DNA of 64,000 nt from an uncultured Methanosarcinales archaeon (GTDB lineage Archaea > Nanobdellota > Nanobdellia > Woesearchaeales > CAYVYK01), in assembly GCA_964455675.1 (NCBI GenBank), contig CAYVYK010000011.1:1-64000 (forward strand). The letters are read 5' to 3'. Below the pieces are notes generated by a model, which had not been told where the DNA came from, searched no databases, and worked only from the letters and a program-made list of their open reading frames with translations. This document shows, one piece after another, positions 61,113 to 64,000 of this stretch; positions within the stretch are counted from its first letter, which is position 1; the number at the start of each line of letters is the position of its first letter. The position numbers were made by a program, and so were the translations under genes.

Positions 61113-62486
61113 CTATTCCGCGGACAACGCTTCTGCAGACAATGCGCGAGGCGCGTCCGGCTCAGGCATCTTAATCACGACTCGATTCTCTGCGACCTCA
61201 CCACCCTCGCCAGAGAGTTCCCTCAGAATCGCAGCCTCCTCCGTAGAATCATCCGGCAGATGATCCACCACATTCGCGAGTGCGGCCATCGAACTTAGCT
61301 CATCCATCATCTCCTGCGTGCTGGCGGCGACGGCCGTCAGTTCCTGCATTGACGGCAGAGCGACTTCCCTTGCCACCCTGCTCGTCTGAAGATGAAAGAT
61401 GTGCGTACCCAAGATGTCAAGCTGCTGACCGTACACATTCGCGAAGTTCCGTTGACGACGAAGAGTGGAACGCACCTCGCGGATCTTCGACGCCGCGCGA
61501 CGTTTATCCAGTACTGAGGTAGTAGCCGCGCCGGCAGACAGCAGATCCTGCTCTTCGTTCTCCAGCAGGTCAATCTGCTGCAGCGCCTCATCACGCCGTC
61601 GGGCAATGAGGACGCGAACCTCAGAAAGATGGTTCACCTTGCGGGCGAGACGCGCGTCCTTGGAAACGATTAGACGCACGCTCTGACCGAGGCGCGCAAA
61701 CAAGCGATGTGACTTCGCCTCAGGGGCGCCGCGATACAGCAGAGAAACTCCTGAAGCAGTGGAGACATGGAGCTCGCGATCCTTCTCTGTAGCAGCATGC
61801 ACGAGATCCACGGCAACAGCCGATGGAACCTCCAAGCACTCCGCCACCTCCTGGATCGTAACGCCGCCAGTGAGAAGCTGAGAGTTGAGCTCGCTGATCG
61901 CCTGCGCAGCACCCTCTCGATTCGCAACGGAGGGATCGAAGAGCGCAAGCAAAGCGGGGTTAATGCTGCGGTCAAGCGACAGCACCTTCCAGTGCTCGTC
62001 GACGAGCACCAAGGAGACGCTCTTTGGGACCAGCATTCGAGCACAATCCTCGACGTCCTGCTCGAAACCGGACGGGCTGAAGACGACGATGCACTGCGGC
62101 GTTTTACACGACACGACCACGCGGTTGAGGTGATCTAAGAAGTCCCTGCAGCCAACCTCGTCGGGACGATCATGGTCGAGATAGAGACGAGGAGGAGCGA
62201 GGACTGACACTGTGAGGATGCTCCGCACATACCCGCCACCATGCAGCGGACTCCAACCGAGATGAAACATGGAGAATCCGCGACTTAGCGGCAGACTATC
62301 GATTACGTCCTGGTCGTACACGCGCCGATCGATCAGTTCAGCACGAAGATCCTCGGCAAAGTCGAAGAACACCCGCTCGCGACGACCCGGAAGCAGACGT
62401 GCAGACGCAGAGCGCAGATTTTCCTCAAGCCCTTTGAGGAACTCGTCCTCCTTTTTACGAAACCCCCTTGTCACTGTACCATTCAT
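61113..62486 (-). CDS. multidomain protein: alpha/beta domain, winged helix and PspA/ESCRT-III-like coiled coil
   Basis: VVFSPSGF...LVLV; VTIQEVAECLEVP; long helical hairpin ending in acidic EEAAILREL. Confidence 0.55.
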   Translation of the reverse strand: MNGTVTRGFRKKEDEFLKGLEENLRSASARLLPGRRERVFFDFAEDLRAELIDRRVYDQDVIDSLPLSRGFSMFHLGWSPLHGGGYVRSILTVSVLAPPRLYLDHDRPDEVGCRDFLDHLNRVVVSCKTPQCIVVFSPSGFEQDVEDCARMLVPKSVSLVLVDEHWKVLSLDRSINPALLALFDPSVANREGAAQAISELNSQLLTGGVTIQEVAECLEVPSAVAVDLVHAATEKDRELHVSTASGVSLLYRGAPEAKSHRLFARLGQSVRLIVSKDARLARKVNHLSEVRVLIARRRDEALQQIDLLENEEQDLLSAGAATTSVLDKRRAASKIREVRSTLRRQRNFANVYGQQLDILGTHIFHLQTSRVAREVALPSMQELTAVAASTQEMMDELSSMAALANVVDHLPDDSTEEAAILRELSGEGGEVAENRVVIKMPEPDAPRALSAEALSAE

Positions 62487-62556
62487 GATGAACACTCCCA
62501 ATACGCTGGATAGTGCCCAGCGATGACGAGTAACAGGTTAATTGATACGCATCTCG

Positions 62557-63999
62557 CTAGCGGTCGCGACGCAGCAGATCCGCAACCACTCGAGGGATAC
62601 CAAGAGCACCACGAAGACCTCGGCTCGAGCGCGCGGCAGTCCACAGCTGCCGAACAGGCCCTCTCTGCATATACTCACCACCTCCCTCGGCGAGGAGATC
62701 ACCCAAGCCAACCTCATTCAGAAGCCCAGGCAGGTTCCCATCGCCGATGCCAGGAGTCAGGCGGTGCTTGCGATCATACCGGAAGCATGCCGCGCCACCC
62801 TGCTGCTCGAGCTGGGCAGCCAGCATCTGGATTTGGGTGGCGAGGATGACACTCGCGCCGTGCTGCTTGAGCCGCTGCAAGAGCGCGTTGCCCGCAATGT
62901 AGCCAGCCTGCTCCTGCGTACCAAACCCAAGCTCGTCGAGCAAGACGACCACAAGACGGCCGTCGACGTTCTTGATGCCCGCGAGCACGGATGCTGTTTT
63001 CTTCCAGAGGAGGGAGCACGTGGACGCGCTCTCCTTCTCGGTTGTCTTGACGAACACAACACCGAGGACTTGCTTGATGTTCGTCTTGAAGTAGCTGCCG
63101 AAGATGGGAAGCCCGCTCATAGCAGACCAGAGGTCGAGACCAATCGTCTTGAGCGCTACACTCTTGCCGCCGCCGTGCTCGCCCGTGATGACGAGAATAT
63201 CACCGTTCAAGTCGGGAAGAGCGCCGATCGGCCGGGGCCGCTGATTCTCGCCGAGCACGAGGAGCTGGATCGGAAGCAGATCCTTGAACGCAACGACGTG
63301 ATCGTCACCATCCTGGATGTCAGCGAAGCAGATCGAATGCGGCAGCTTCTTCTCGCGCAGATCGTCCTGCATCTGGTGATACCGATGGATGATGCTCGAA
63401 ACGTGGCAGAGCGTCTGCATCGCACGATCGAAGAAACTCCTCGCATCTTGCGCGGCCTCGTAAAGCGCATGAAGCGCGGGATCGGTGTAGAGATGCTTTA
63501 GGGCAAACCACCGAAAGTACTGATCAGTGCCTGGGGACTTTGCGCCAAACTGCGTATAGAACAGATCTCCTGCGGACTTCTGCAGACGCGCCGTGAGGGC
63601 GGCGAGGCTTAGCAGGCGAACGCGCTCGGTGCGCTGATTCAGATATTCCCGACGACAGCTCTGCATCGCCGCCTGCTGCAGGGTCGTGTACCCGGCGAAG
63701 TCCTCACCGAAGTTAGCCTCGTAGCGTTCCTCCTGGACAACCGGATCGAGGCTGAAAATCTCGACCTTGAGGCCGCCATGATCATAGGCGAAGCGAACCT
63801 TGAGCTTGCTTTTGTTCAGCATCTCGCACAAGCTCTCGTTCCAACGAACGGACTCCCGCAGTTTCGTCAAAACCGCAGTCATCACCTCGAGAACCGTGCA
63901 GTCAGGGACCTTCGTGATCACCATCCGCTCGCACACACTGCGACGATGTTCCTCATTCGCAATGTCAATGCGACCCCTCTTCCACTCGCTCAGGAACGG
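62557..63999 (-). CDS. MutS-related ATPase (domain V), 5' partial
   Basis: ITGEHGGGKS, VLLDELGFGT, VILATQ; reading frame open to the window edge. Confidence 0.8.
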   Translation of the reverse strand, partial: PFLSEWKRGRIDIANEEHRRSVCERMVITKVPDCTVLEVMTAVLTKLRESVRWNESLCEMLNKSKLKVRFAYDHGGLKVEIFSLDPVVQEERYEANFGEDFAGYTTLQQAAMQSCRREYLNQRTERVRLLSLAALTARLQKSAGDLFYTQFGAKSPGTDQYFRWFALKHLYTDPALHALYEAAQDARSFFDRAMQTLCHVSSIIHRYHQMQDDLREKKLPHSICFADIQDGDDHVVAFKDLLPIQLLVLGENQRPRPIGALPDLNGDILVITGEHGGGKSVALKTIGLDLWSAMSGLPIFGSYFKTNIKQVLGVVFVKTTEKESASTCSLLWKKTASVLAGIKNVDGRLVVVLLDELGFGTQEQAGYIAGNALLQRLKQHGASVILATQIQMLAAQLEQQGGAACFRYDRKHRLTPGIGDGNLPGLLNEVGLGDLLAEGGGEYMQRGPVRQLWTAARSSRGLRGALGIPRVVADLLRRDR

Positions 64000-64000
64000 C

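Noticed and set aside
62542..63501. 319-aa plus-strand ORF (also 58542-59396 and 60367-61035)
   Set aside because: Antisense shadows of motif-bearing minus-strand genes

Overview
The window has two parts. Bases 1 to about 52.7 kb look like a small-genome archaeon, probably DPANN/Woesearchaeota-like (inference). Support: top6A/B, rio1, KH/Dim2, the rps13-rps4-rps11-rpoD-tRNA-Leu-rpl18e-rpl13-rps9-rpoN cluster, archaeal dnaG, radA, translin, two intron-containing tRNAs, TATA boxes and GAGGTGA-type RBSs. This part also holds a surface-glycan cluster of about 18 kb next to an S-layer-like gene, four tandem paralogous membrane proteins and a stand-alone CARF-like gene. From about 52.7-52.9 kb to the end the DNA changes: GC is higher (spot checks about 58% versus about 43%), several RBSs are AAGGAG-type, and there are hairpin+U intrinsic terminators. 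This suggests a bacterial-style island or a contig join. It carries two uncharacterised operons: (i) Myb-like, Myb-like paralogue, HTH and a MORC-type GHKL ATPase; (ii) a MutS-like ATPase, a PspA/ESCRT-III-like fusion, a LURP-one/tubby-like protein, a hypothetical protein and a site-2 protease. It also carries a Cys-rich secreted protein followed by a 43-aa membrane peptide. Non-coding observations: a dispersed 37-nt palindrome family (3 clear copies plus 1 diverged), a synonymously recoded duplicate of the radA 3' end, and a 46/47-bp direct repeat pair. All family calls come from motifs recognised by eye; no searches were run.
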